From assembly GCA_030431755.1 (NCBI GenBank), contig JAUIIK010000006.1:4061-68060 (forward strand): a stretch of DNA of 64,000 nucleotides, read 5' to 3'. The notes under the pieces were generated by a model. That model saw only the letters and a list, made by a program, of their open reading frames with translations. It was not told the DNA's origin and did not search any database. The translations under genes were made by a program, and so were the position numbers. The stretch is from Chloroflexia bacterium. Lineage in GTDB: Bacteria; Chloroflexota; Chloroflexia; Thermomicrobiales; CFX8. Shown in pieces: positions 8,202 through 17,608 of the stretch. How positions within the stretch are numbered: the stretch's first letter is position 1; each line of letters opens with the position of its first letter.

Positions 8202-9260
8202 ATGACCGATTTTGCCGGCAAGACCTACGACATCGCGATTATCGGTGGAGGGCCGGTCGGCCTCTTTGCCGCGTTCTATGCCGGAATGCGCGGCGCCTCG
8301 ACGATCATCGCCGACTCCCTCGAAGAGCTCGGCGGCGAGCTGATGGCGATCTACCCCGAGAAGTACATCTACGACATCGCCGGGTTCCCGAGCGTCCTCG
8401 CGAAGGACTACGTCGGCCCGGCCGTCGAACAGGCCCTCTCGATGGGCGCTGAGGTGACCCTGCGGACGGAGGTCACCGGCCTCGAACGCGACGAGCAGAA
8501 CGAGTTGATCCGGTTGGAGACGACAAAGGGCGAGATCGTTGCCCGGACGGTCATCATCTGTGCCGGTATCGGGGCGTTCGAGCCAAAGCGCCTCGATGTC
8601 GATGGCATCGAACGCTTCGAAGGTGGCAAGGGCGTGCACTACTTTGCGAAGCACGTCGAGGATTTCCGCGGCAAGCGGGTCTTCATTGTTGGCGGCGGCG
8701 ATTCAGCCGTCGATTGGGCGGTGACGCTGGGGCCGATTGCCGAGTCCGTCACACTCATTCACCGCTCGAAGTTCCGGGCGCACGAGCACACAGTCCAGCA
8801 GCTGCTGCACGGTCCAGCCGACGTCTTCTACCCCGGCTATGTCGCCACCGGCATCCAAGGCGAGGAACGGCTAGAGGGCGTCACCTTCGTGAACACCGAC
8901 ACCGGCGAAGAACAGACAGTCGAAGTCGATGAGATGATCTGCGCAATCGGTTTCAAGGCAGATCTCGGGCCGCTCAAGACCTGGGGGCTGGAAACCGAGC
9001 GCAACCAGATCGTCGTCGATAAGATCACGATGGAGACGAACATCCCCGGTGTCTTCGGCGCTGGCGATATCGTGACCTACCCGGCCAAGTTCCGCTTGAT
9101 CGCGACCGGCGTCGCCGAAGCGGTGACGGCCGTCAACCACGCCGTCACGCGCTACAACCCCGACGCCCGGCTCGACCCCGGCCACTCGACCAACATCATG
9201 GAGAAGAAGGCGCGCGAGGCCGAGAAAGAAGCCCAGCTCGCCGCTGCCGACGACGACTAG
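8202..9260 (+). CDS. Ferredoxin--NADP+ reductase, thioredoxin-reductase-like type
   Basis: YDIAIIGGGPVGLFAAFYAGMRG and a second GGGDSAVDWA dinucleotide fold. ATG 8202 follows AGGAG. Confidence 0.9.
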   Translation: MTDFAGKTYDIAIIGGGPVGLFAAFYAGMRGASTIIADSLEELGGELMAIYPEKYIYDIAGFPSVLAKDYVGPAVEQALSMGAEVTLRTEVTGLERDEQNELIRLETTKGEIVARTVIICAGIGAFEPKRLDVDGIERFEGGKGVHYFAKHVEDFRGKRVFIVGGGDSAVDWAVTLGPIAESVTLIHRSKFRAHEHTVQQLLHGPADVFYPGYVATGIQGEERLEGVTFVNTDTGEEQTVEVDEMICAIGFKADLGPLKTWGLETERNQIVVDKITMETNIPGVFGAGDIVTYPAKFRLIATGVAEAVTAVNHAVTRYNPDARLDPGHSTNIMEKKAREAEKEAQLAAADDD

Positions 9261-10237
9261 GGCGTACCTGGCTTCGGATGCGCCGCGAAGAACTCCCAGA
9301 TCATTGCCGTTGCGTCGATGTCGAGATTCGTCGCACCGAGGCGCTGCCCGCGTGGCGGATGCCCCGGCCAGGTGTGACCTGAACCGTCCAGCGTGATTAG
9401 CTGGACCGGTTGACCAGACTCGCAGGGCTCCCAGGAATCAAGATATGGGATCGAGATATCGCCGGAGTTGGTGTCGGGCAGTTGCTCGCGTTCCGGTGCG
9501 GTCAGGCAGCCGTTGACGTTTGCCCAGAAGCCGGCCGCCTCTGCTGCCGATTGGTAGGCGCCAAGATCCTCGAAGCCCGGCACGATCTGACCGCCGTCAT
9601 ATGGCACGACGGTGTCGCTGGTGCCGTGGAAGGCGATGTAGCCGACCGATTCCGCTGGCTCACAGCTGTCGAAGCTCTGGCTGATGCTGGCCGACGCGAC
9701 CAGCCCCACGGCGGCGAACCTGTCCGCCATGTGGCAGGCGCTGTGGAACGCGAACATGCCGCCATTTGAGAGCCCGGTCATGTACAGCCGCCGCTCGTCG
9801 AGCCCGTACTCCGCGTCGAGCGAGTCAATCAAGGCGTCCATGAATGCGAGATTTTGCGCCGCGATGTCGGTTCCGCCAATGGCGCTCCCGATGCCGGCGT
9901 CGATCCAGGCGCGCGCCAGCCCGTTCGGGTATGCGGCGATGAATCGTTCCCCCGCGGCGACCTCATCGAAGCCAGTCAGCGCCCGCATCTGTGACGCACT
10001 CCCCCCGAGACCGTGAACGACGATCACCAATGGCCAACCGTCATCGGGCGCGTCGCCGTCGGGTACGAAGAGCTCGTAACTACGCTGCGCGCCGTTGACG
10101 GTGAGCATTAGTTCCGGCGCCGCGGTGGCCGTTGGCGCTGGGGGCGCCGCAATGCTGTCCGGGTCGAAGTCGCAGGCAGCCACCGACGCCGAGGCAAGCG
10201 CGAGCACGGCCATCAGGACGACCGTCCGGCGTCTCAT
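9257..10237 (-). CDS. Secreted lipoprotein esterase, PHB-depolymerase/LpqC family
   Basis: Lipobox signal MRRRTVVLMAVLALASASVAAC, then VVHGLGGS...TGLSNGGMF. The ATGA overlap with grpB places it downstream in an operon. Confidence 0.8.
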   Translation of the reverse strand: MRRRTVVLMAVLALASASVAACDFDPDSIAAPPAPTATAAPELMLTVNGAQRSYELFVPDGDAPDDGWPLVIVVHGLGGSASQMRALTGFDEVAAGERFIAAYPNGLARAWIDAGIGSAIGGTDIAAQNLAFMDALIDSLDAEYGLDERRLYMTGLSNGGMFAFHSACHMADRFAAVGLVASASISQSFDSCEPAESVGYIAFHGTSDTVVPYDGGQIVPGFEDLGAYQSAAEAAGFWANVNGCLTAPEREQLPDTNSGDISIPYLDSWEPCESGQPVQLITLDGSGHTWPGHPPRGQRLGATNLDIDATAMIWEFFAAHPKPGTP

Positions 10238-10779
10238 CGCCGGTTCCCAAGCACATAGGCAACTCCGAGCGCCCGCGCTCGCTCCGCGACTACCGCTTCA
10301 ATGAACACAGTCTTAGCGCTGGTGTATTCATCGAGGTTGTTCGTGTCCGCCGCTAGCGTCTGCTTCAGAAGGGCATAGCGCATGACGAGGCGCTTGTCGG
10401 CTCGCAGGGCGTCACGAAAGAGAACGGTCCGTTGGGCCGCCCAGCTGCCGACAGTGACGAGATGTAGATTCGCGGCGACGTCCTCCCGCTTCCGCATGGC
10501 GATTCTCACGTCGTTTTCACTCGAGTCGATGGAGCGGTAGCCCAGCTTGTCCAGGGCTTCGTCGTAGAATCCCCGCGACCGCAGGTCAATGACCTCGGCC
10601 TGGAGATCGACGACGGGCTTCGCGCTAAGCCCGCTGACCGATGTGCTGCCGATGTGTTCGAGGCGGACGACATACGCGCCCAGCGCTCGCGCGATCGCTT
10701 GTTGTTCGCGTTCGTAGATCGCTGCCCAGGCCGGATCGTAGGGCACGATCTCGACCGCTGCCGGTGAGTTCGTCGTCAT
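10234..10779 (-). CDS. GrpB family protein
   Basis: MTTNSPAAVEIVPYDPAW...LEHIGSTSVSGLSAKPVVDL. ATG 10779 follows GGAGG. The 467-aa track ORF extension is antisense to the GNAT gene. Confidence 0.85.
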   Translation of the reverse strand: MTTNSPAAVEIVPYDPAWAAIYEREQQAIARALGAYVVRLEHIGSTSVSGLSAKPVVDLQAEVIDLRSRGFYDEALDKLGYRSIDSSENDVRIAMRKREDVAANLHLVTVGSWAAQRTVLFRDALRADKRLVMRYALLKQTLAADTNNLDEYTSAKTVFIEAVVAERARALGVAYVLGNRR

Positions 10780-10845
10780 TGTGATTCCTCCGCGCGAGCC
10801 GGACCGGGTATCGGAAGGGTACATTGGATTGCGAAGTGTACTGGC

Positions 10846-11763
10846 ATGACGGCCGTGATTCGCCCGGCGACGACGGCCGACCTGGCGGTGGCGTATGACG
10901 TTCAGCGCGAGGCGTCGGCGGCGGCCGGCATGGAGATCGGCAACGTCAACGGCCCGGCGGGCGGTCAGGTGCCGGCGAAGTTCCGGCATGAGCTGAGCGA
11001 CGGACGCTTTCTCGTCGCTGACGTAGACGGCGCAATGGCTGGCTTCGGCGCGGTGTTCCAGCGTGCGCACGTTGCGTTCCTGGCGACCTTCTATGTCCGG
11101 CCCGACGCGCAACTCGCTGGCCTCGGCGTCGGTCAACGGCTGCTCGATCGTCTCTTCGACGGCCTCGGGCCGGTTCGCAGCGTCGTCTCGTCGCACGTCC
11201 ACCGGGCGCTGGCGGTCTATGCCCGGAACGGGATGCTGCCGCGCTGGCCGCTCTACATGCTCAATGCCGACGCTGCCTGTGCGCAAGGACTGGATGATCC
11301 AGGCGTTTTGGTTGTGCCAGCCGGGCTTGGCGATCCAGACCTGATTGCCTGGGACGCCGAAATCGCCGGTCGTGGCGCGCGGCCAGCCGACCACCATTAC
11401 TGGCGCAGCGAGTACGCCGCCGAGCCCTTGTGGATTGAGCGCGGCGCGGACCGTATTGGCTACGCCTACATCCAACACCTCTATGAGAGCCCGGACGCGC
11501 CCTGGAATCCTGAGACGGTCATGCTCGGTCCAATCGGCGTCCGCGCTGCGTCGGACGCGACCGCCGCAACTATTGCCGTTGCGCGGGCGGCCGGCGCACT
11601 TGCGCCGCGTGTGGCTGTGGACATCCCCGGCGCGCACCCCGCGCTACCGGCGCTGTTGGACTCCGGCTTCCGCATCCACTACCAGGCTACGTACTGTTCG
11701 AGTGCAGACGATGATGTCTTCGACCCGCGCCGCTATATCCCGGCAGACACGATCACGCTGTAG
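10846..11763 (+). CDS. GNAT family N-acetyltransferase with C-terminal extension
   Basis: IRPATTADLAVAYDV... plus the acetyl-CoA motif FYVRPDAQLAGLGVGQRLL. Confidence 0.75.
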   Translation: MTAVIRPATTADLAVAYDVQREASAAAGMEIGNVNGPAGGQVPAKFRHELSDGRFLVADVDGAMAGFGAVFQRAHVAFLATFYVRPDAQLAGLGVGQRLLDRLFDGLGPVRSVVSSHVHRALAVYARNGMLPRWPLYMLNADAACAQGLDDPGVLVVPAGLGDPDLIAWDAEIAGRGARPADHHYWRSEYAAEPLWIERGADRIGYAYIQHLYESPDAPWNPETVMLGPIGVRAASDATAATIAVARAAGALAPRVAVDIPGAHPALPALLDSGFRIHYQATYCSSADDDVFDPRRYIPADTITL

Positions 11764-12047
11764 GCGGCGCTTTGTTGCGGCATTGTAACGAGTAGTTCAC
11801 GGGTGTTGCGACGTTGTCGCTGGCGCGCCCGTAGTCTTGAGCGTGAGGCACACGCTCGTCGGGGGCGAGTTCCACAGCCAGCCCACTTCACTACGCCGTC
11901 GCCCGCCAACCGCTATTGCAGCCTGCTCATCGAGCGCCAGCCTCGCCGGCAGTGAGGTTGATTGTGGCGTTCGCGACGCCGGTTTCATTGGACTGCTTCG
12001 CGCTCGCCGTAGCGTTGGATCGCGCAGAGCCAGGGAAGAAGGCCATC

Positions 12048-12512
12048 ATGCGCTACCGCTTCCATCACATTGAAGACGCTCCGAAAGACCAGGTTGAGGA
12101 GCATGTGCGGCAAAAGGCCGGCTATCTTGAAACGCGGCTGGCGACCTTCGAGGATGATCTCGTGCGGCTTGACATGCGCTTGAGCCACCACGTCAAGCGC
12201 TATCCGAATCGCCGCGACTCGTCGAGCTTCACCAGCCATCTCGTGCTCGACCTGCCGGGCCGCAAACTGCCGAACATCGGCGCGGATGGTCATGGCGAGT
12301 CCTGGACTACCGCCGTCAATGAGGCCTTCGATGTGCTGGAAGCGCAGCTCGATAAGACGCTGGCCAAGCTGCACCGGGAGCCGGCCATCCATGCCTATCA
12401 GCACCGGCCGTCCTGGGAGCGCGACGGCGCGGAACTGCTGGGTAACCCGCAGCCGACGGCAGACGACGTTGACCGGCCTTCCGGCATGCCGGGCGGCGAG
12501 CAAGAATCCTGA
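12048..12512 (+). CDS. hpf: Ribosome hibernation factor (HPF/RaiA family)
   Basis: MRYRFHHIEDAPKDQVEEHVRQKAGYLE...VRLDMRLSHH...AVNEAFDVLEAQLDKTLAKLHRE follows the HPF beta-alpha-beta-beta-beta-alpha pattern. Confidence 0.7.
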   Translation: MRYRFHHIEDAPKDQVEEHVRQKAGYLETRLATFEDDLVRLDMRLSHHVKRYPNRRDSSSFTSHLVLDLPGRKLPNIGADGHGESWTTAVNEAFDVLEAQLDKTLAKLHREPAIHAYQHRPSWERDGAELLGNPQPTADDVDRPSGMPGGEQES

Positions 12513-12544
12513 CGACGTCATTCTGGGAGGGGAAGAGGCGGCAT

Positions 12545-12581
12545 CGAGTCCGGGCGCAACCGCGCTCGGACTCGTTGTCGC
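12545..12581 (+). terminator. Putative terminator hairpin after hpf
   Basis: 13-bp stem cgagtccgggcgc / gcgctcggactcg (one G-U pair), loop aacc, and a weak T tail (ttgt). Confidence 0.45.
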
Positions 12582-12618
12582 CTGCCCGTGTTAGGCTGCG
12601 CTATTGCTGCGGTTGAGC

Positions 12619-13761
12619 ATGAAGCGAGAGGCAAAGAGGGTGAGCCAGAGTAGCTTGGGCGTCGCGGTGTTGGGCGCGGGGGCATGGGCGGATTCGGCGC
12701 ATATCCCCGGATGGCTGCGCGATCCGCGATCGCGGATCGTAGCGATTTGTGACCCGGTGCTGGAGCGTGCCGAGGCCTTCGCCGCGAAGTTCGACGTGCC
12801 CACTGCGACTGACGACTGGCAGTCCGTCGTTGCTCGCACCGATGTCGACGTTGTTGATGTCTGCACACCGTCACAGACGCATTTCGAGCTGTCGATGGCG
12901 GCGCTCGAGAGCGGCAAGCACGTCCTCTGCGAGAAGCCGGTCGCCTTCGACTTCCGTGAGACACGCCGGGCCGCCGAAGTCGCGCGGTCGAAGGGTCTCA
13001 AGACCAAGCTCGGCTTTACCTTCCGCTACAGCCCCGGTGTTCAGTACGCCTGGTCGATGATCCAGGATGGGTTCGTCGGCAAGCCGTTCTTCTTCAACGG
13101 CTACGAACAGAACTCGCAGTGGATCGATCCGGAGACGCCGCTGCGCCAGGTCGACCTCGACGCCGACCAGTCTGAGATCCAGGTCTCGTCGCTCGAAGGC
13201 TACGGCGCACCGGTGATCGACATCGGTCACTGGTGGGTTGGCGCGGACTACGAGCGCGTCGTCGGCACGATGCGCAACTTCATCCCCGAGCGCCGCGTGC
13301 GCGACGCCGACAACGCGATGATGCGGATGAACATTGATGATGGGACGGTCTATCTGACCGAGTACTCCAATGGCGCGATTGGCTCGATCCAGACGAGCTA
13401 CGTGACCGTCGGTAACTACCCCGGCATCGAGGCTCGTATCTACGGTGAGGGCGGCGCGATCATCTGCCGGTTGGTTGAGGAATTCGGAGTCGCTGAGACG
13501 ATCAAGGTCGCGACGCCGGACGATGTCGAGTTCCGCGAGCTGGAGATCCCACAAGAGTTCTATCCCGAGGGCGGCCACCCGCGCGAATCCTGGCGTTCGC
13601 TCTTCTACGCCAACCTGATCAAGGACTTCATCGACGAGATCGAGGAGGGCGGCGAGCGCAACCAGGGCAACTTCGATGATGGCGCCTGGGTGCAAGAGGC
13701 GATCAATGCCGTCGAGCTGTCCTACCGCGAGCGTCGCTGGGTTGATCTGCCGGTGGAGTAA
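12619..13761 (+). CDS. Gfo/Idh/MocA family oxidoreductase
   Basis: LGVAVLGAGAWA...IVAICD...VDVVDVCTPSQTHFELSMAALESGKHVLCEKP. The start could be ATG 12619 or GTG 12640. Confidence 0.85.
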   Translation: MKREAKRVSQSSLGVAVLGAGAWADSAHIPGWLRDPRSRIVAICDPVLERAEAFAAKFDVPTATDDWQSVVARTDVDVVDVCTPSQTHFELSMAALESGKHVLCEKPVAFDFRETRRAAEVARSKGLKTKLGFTFRYSPGVQYAWSMIQDGFVGKPFFFNGYEQNSQWIDPETPLRQVDLDADQSEIQVSSLEGYGAPVIDIGHWWVGADYERVVGTMRNFIPERRVRDADNAMMRMNIDDGTVYLTEYSNGAIGSIQTSYVTVGNYPGIEARIYGEGGAIICRLVEEFGVAETIKVATPDDVEFRELEIPQEFYPEGGHPRESWRSLFYANLIKDFIDEIEEGGERNQGNFDDGAWVQEAINAVELSYRERRWVDLPVE

Positions 13762-13851
13762 ACCAATAGCCAGACAAGTGCCGACGGCGAGCCGTGGTAG
13801 AGTCCGCGACGGCGGTTTGTCCGACGATGTAAACATGAAAGTACGCCAGCA

Positions 13852-15342
13852 GTGGAGCATGAACGAGCGGATGTCGTTGTCATAGGCGCTGGAAACGCCG
13901 CGCTGTGTGCAGCGCTTGCTGCCAGCGAGCGCGGGGCGAGCGTGCTCGTGCTGGAGCGCGCGCCATACGAGCAGCGCGGCGGCAATAGCCGCTACACCGC
14001 CGGCGCGATCCGGACGCGCTATGACGGTCTGGACGACTTGCTGAAGCTGGTTCCCGATCTCAATGAAGAAGAGAAGCGCAACACCGACTTCGGCTCATAT
14101 ACCGCCGAGAAGTTCTACGAGGACATGGATCGCATCTGCCAGTTCCGCGCCGACCCGGACCTCACGCCGCTCATGGTCAACAACTCGCTAGAAACCTGGC
14201 AGTGGCTGCATGACGAGCACCGGCTGCGTTTTGTGCCCGCCTACAGCCATCAGGCATTTCAAGTTGATGGCCGCTTCCGCTTCTGGGGTGGGATCACGCT
14301 ACTGGTGTCAGGCGGCGGACCTGGTCTCATCGACGGTCTGATAGCTGCATGTGAGCGCCGTGGGGTCGCTATCGAGTATGGCGCGCGGGCAGTCGAGCTC
14401 GTCGAGGAAGAAGGCGTCGTCAAAGGCGTTGTCGTCTGCAAGGATCGCCAGCACCACACGATAGAAGCGGGCGCGGTTGTCATTGCCTGCGGCGGTTTCG
14501 AGGCCAATACGGAGTGGCGCACGCGCTATCTCGGTCCCGGCTGGGAATTGGCGAAAGTGCGCGGCACGATGCACAACACTGGCGACGGCATTCGCATGGC
14601 GATGGACGTCGGCGCGATGCCCTGGGGCAACTGGTCGGGCTGCCACGCCGTTGGTTGGGATCGCAACGCTCCGGATTTCGGCGATCTGAGCGTCGGCGAC
14701 GGCTTCCAGAAGCACAGCTACCCGTTCGGGATCATGGTCAACGCCCGTGGCGAGCGCTTCGTCGACGAGGGCGCGGATTTTCGCAACTACACCTACGCCG
14801 AGTACGGCCGTCGGGTGCTTGAGCAGCCGGGCCAGTTCGCCTGGCAGGTTTTTGATAGCAAGGTGTCGCATCTCCTGCGCGACGAATACCGCATCCGCGA
14901 GGTTACGCGCGTCCGGGCCAACACGCTGGAGGAGCTTGCCGAGCGCCTTGAGGGCGTCGATGGCGAAGCCTTCCTTGCGACCGTGCACGCCTACAACGAC
15001 GCGGTCCGCACCGACGTCTCATTCGATCCAACGGTCAAGGACGGCCGCTCGGCAGACGGCCTGCCGGTGCCGCGCCGCAACTGGGCCAACCGGCTTGATG
15101 AGCCGCCATACGAGGCCTACGCGACGACGTGCGGTATTACCTTCACCTTTGGCGGCGTCCGCATCGACACCTCCTGCCGCGTGCTGGACGAAGACCTGCG
15201 ACCGATTCCCGGTCTCTACGCGGCCGGCGAGCTGGTGGGCGGGCTCTTCTACTTCAACTATCCAGGCGGCACCGGCCTCACATCAGGCGCGGTCTTTGGA
15301 CGTATCGCCGGGGACACGGCCGGCGAAGCGGCAGCCACTTGA
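13852..15342 (+). CDS. FAD-dependent dehydrogenase, tricarballylate dehydrogenase (TcuA)-like
   Basis: DVVVIGAGNAALCAALAASERGASVLVLERAP..QRGGNSRYTAG, with a fumarate-reductase-type flavoprotein C-terminus. GTG start at 13852. Confidence 0.8.
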   Translation: MEHERADVVVIGAGNAALCAALAASERGASVLVLERAPYEQRGGNSRYTAGAIRTRYDGLDDLLKLVPDLNEEEKRNTDFGSYTAEKFYEDMDRICQFRADPDLTPLMVNNSLETWQWLHDEHRLRFVPAYSHQAFQVDGRFRFWGGITLLVSGGGPGLIDGLIAACERRGVAIEYGARAVELVEEEGVVKGVVVCKDRQHHTIEAGAVVIACGGFEANTEWRTRYLGPGWELAKVRGTMHNTGDGIRMAMDVGAMPWGNWSGCHAVGWDRNAPDFGDLSVGDGFQKHSYPFGIMVNARGERFVDEGADFRNYTYAEYGRRVLEQPGQFAWQVFDSKVSHLLRDEYRIREVTRVRANTLEELAERLEGVDGEAFLATVHAYNDAVRTDVSFDPTVKDGRSADGLPVPRRNWANRLDEPPYEAYATTCGITFTFGGVRIDTSCRVLDEDLRPIPGLYAAGELVGGLFYFNYPGGTGLTSGAVFGRIAGDTAGEAAAT

Positions 15343-16520
15343 GCCATCCGGTTCTCAGGATCATCGCGCTCCCGGTCCTGCTCTGGGCCGTTGTACTCGG
15401 CGTCGTCCGCGTCGTTATCGCGCCGGCTGAACTCTGCGCCGATGGTACGCCGGACGAGTTCCGCGACACCGCACTCGATGCGGCAGCCTGGCTCTACCTG
15501 AACCAGCGCGATGATGGCTCCTATGTCTATGAGTACGATCGTGCCAGCGATGAGTTTCCAGATGCCTACAACGTCGTGCGCCATGCCGGCGTGACGATGT
15601 CGCTCTACCAGGTAGCCGGGCGGCTTGGAGATGAGGCGTCATTCGATGCCGCCGAACGAGGAACCGCCTGGCTGCTGGACAACATGGTCTACCGCGACAA
15701 TTGGGGCGGCCCGACGAACGGCACGAATGTCAAGGTCGGCTCGGCAGCGCTGATGACGATTGCTCTGGCTGAGCGGCGGCTGCTGACCGGCGAGCCGTTA
15801 CACGACGGCACAATGCGGGCGCTCGGCGAGTTCATGCGTGTCCAGCAGAAGGAGAACGGCGGCTTCTTCACCAAGTGGTTCGTCGCGACCGAGATGATGG
15901 ACCTCCGGTCAACCTCCGCGTATTACCCAGGCGAGGCGCTCTGGGCGCTGGCGATGCTCCACGAAGCCTTCCCCGACGAGGGCTGGGACGTCGACGCCTG
16001 GGAGACAGCCGACTTCGTGTCGCTCCTCCGTGACGACGAAGAGGATGTCGAGTTCCCACCCCTCAACGATCACTGGGCGGCCTATGGCTTTGCTGAAATG
16101 GCTGAGTGGGGTCTGGAAGACCAGCACACCGATTATGCCCGGCGGCTTGCCGCCCGCTTCAGCCTCTTCATTCGCTTCGAGGCGCAAAAGACCGACGAGG
16201 GTATGAGCTTGCAGGTGCGTGGCGATAGCCGTCGCTCCTCAGCGCTGGGAACCTGGGTCGAAGGCATGGCGGCGCTCTGGCGGCTGTCCATGAGCGACGA
16301 ACGGCTGGCCGATATCTCCGACGAGATCCTCGAACAGGCCCGTTGTGGCGCGGAGCTGCTCGCGGACCGGCAGGTCGGCGACAACCAACCGCCGCTCGAA
16401 TCCGGGGCATGGTTCATCCACGATGTGACGCGCATGGATGATCAGCAACACGCCATCTCGGGCTTAATCTACACGGCTGATGGTCTCGATGGCCGGGGCC
16501 AGCGGGAGCCGGACCGATGA
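15339..16520 (+). CDS. Membrane-anchored protein, possible alpha/alpha-toroid (terpenoid-cyclase/prenyltransferase-like) fold
   Basis: TTG 15339 overlaps the upstream TGA (cTTGA) and is the only start that keeps the N-terminal TM helix LRIIALPVLLWAVVLGVVRVVIA. Repeated helical segments (NQRDDGSYVYEY, YYPGEALWAL). The fold call is a guess. Confidence 0.5.
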   Translation: MSHPVLRIIALPVLLWAVVLGVVRVVIAPAELCADGTPDEFRDTALDAAAWLYLNQRDDGSYVYEYDRASDEFPDAYNVVRHAGVTMSLYQVAGRLGDEASFDAAERGTAWLLDNMVYRDNWGGPTNGTNVKVGSAALMTIALAERRLLTGEPLHDGTMRALGEFMRVQQKENGGFFTKWFVATEMMDLRSTSAYYPGEALWALAMLHEAFPDEGWDVDAWETADFVSLLRDDEEDVEFPPLNDHWAAYGFAEMAEWGLEDQHTDYARRLAARFSLFIRFEAQKTDEGMSLQVRGDSRRSSALGTWVEGMAALWRLSMSDERLADISDEILEQARCGAELLADRQVGDNQPPLESGAWFIHDVTRMDDQQHAISGLIYTADGLDGRGQREPDR

Positions 16521-17065
16521 CGCTCATCACACTCCTGCTAGTGCTCAACCTGGCCGCCGTCGCGGTGATTTGGCGCGGCTACCGCGACTGGCAAGCCCGC
16601 GATGACGCGTTGCGCGTGGGGACGGTTGTGGCGGGCGCGGCGCTCGCAGGTTTGGTTGCTGCGATATCCGTTGGCGAGTCAGTGCTCGATGCGCTCGACA
16701 TCTCGGACGCGACCTTCAGGATCGCAGCTGGCGCAATTGTCGTCTTCGGCGCGCTCCAGGCATTTCTCGGCATCGGACTGCGGCACGAGCTTGCTTCGCG
16801 AGCATGGCTCATCGTTGCCAGTCTCGTCTGGTTGCTGGCTCCTCCCGGTGTGGTCGTGGCCGTCGCGATTGCGCTTGATGACGGCGTGGGCACTGCCGTC
16901 GGTGTCGCCCTCGTTGCAGTTGCCGTGGCGCTGACAGGCGCTGCCTGGACCGTGCTGATGGGCGAGCGCTATGAGCTTGCCGTCGGTCTGCTCCGGCGGA
17001 CCATCGCAGCCGGCGCTGTCTTCGGCGGCGTCGACCTCATTCGCCAGGGTGTCCTGTCGATCTAG
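16517..17065 (+). CDS. MarC (UPF0056)-like integral membrane protein
   Basis: ATGA overlap with the upstream gene. Multi-TM protein. GESVLDALDISDATFRIAAGAIVVFGALQ resembles the MarC signature. Confidence 0.55.
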   Translation: MTLITLLLVLNLAAVAVIWRGYRDWQARDDALRVGTVVAGAALAGLVAAISVGESVLDALDISDATFRIAAGAIVVFGALQAFLGIGLRHELASRAWLIVASLVWLLAPPGVVVAVAIALDDGVGTAVGVALVAVAVALTGAAWTVLMGERYELAVGLLRRTIAAGAVFGGVDLIRQGVLSI

Positions 17066-17119
17066 ACTCCACTGCGTAATGCTAGATCACCGCTTGCAGA
17101 GAGTTCGCAAGCGGCACCG

Positions 17120-17490
17120 CAGGGATGGAGATTATCTCCGCGTTCCTGCATCAAGTCAAAAGCCATCCAGATGCACGCCGCGCCATACCGCAGACGCCAC
17201 AGAAACACCATAGTCATCCTGAGCAAGTCTTTGCGCCCGAGGGATCTTGTTGCGAGCGTGCCACCCGCCGGTGAACCAAACGGTATTCGGCCGCGCTGCA
17301 GCGCCTGGAGATTCCTCTGCGAAGCCCGACGTTGGCAATCGTAGATCCCTCGTTGCCTCGGGATGCCAACCTTGGAGCCGGACGTGCGTCATGGATGATG
17401 GTTGGTGGCGTGTGGCGGAGAAAGCAAGAGTAATCCTGCTATCCGACGCTGACCATGATGCATGAACGGTGGAGTTCCTCACCGGGCCTA
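17120..17490. repeat. Nested-palindrome repeat, copy A (decayed)
   Basis: Homologous to 37505..37905. Shared ends are ctcc..ttcctgcatcaagtc and tgcatgaacggtggagtt. Left arm catcctgagcaagtctttgcgcccgagggatct at 17215-17247. Right arm agatccctcgttgcctcgggatg at 17343-17365 carries a 10-nt deletion. Confidence 0.7.
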
Positions 17491-17608
17491 CAATCCGCGC
17501 CAAGCACCTAACCTCAACGCGGCTTGGTTTGGCCCCTCATTGCGACACGCGATGCTGATGTGGCTCGGGGTTTGCCGACAACGACATCGCAGATACCCAC
17601 GCCCGCCG

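Noticed and set aside
10780-11637. N-terminal 286-aa extension of the 467-aa track ORF containing GrpB
   Set aside because: The extension is antisense to a GNAT gene that has clear acetyl-CoA motifs. GrpB homology starts exactly at ATG 10779, which follows GGAGG.
15129-15338. Upstream 70 codons of the 463-aa track ORF
   Set aside because: They would overlap the 3' end of the TcuA-like gene by 214 nt and encode an Arg/His-rich stretch. TTG 15339, which overlaps the TcuA stop, preserves the TM helix and is the parsimonious start.
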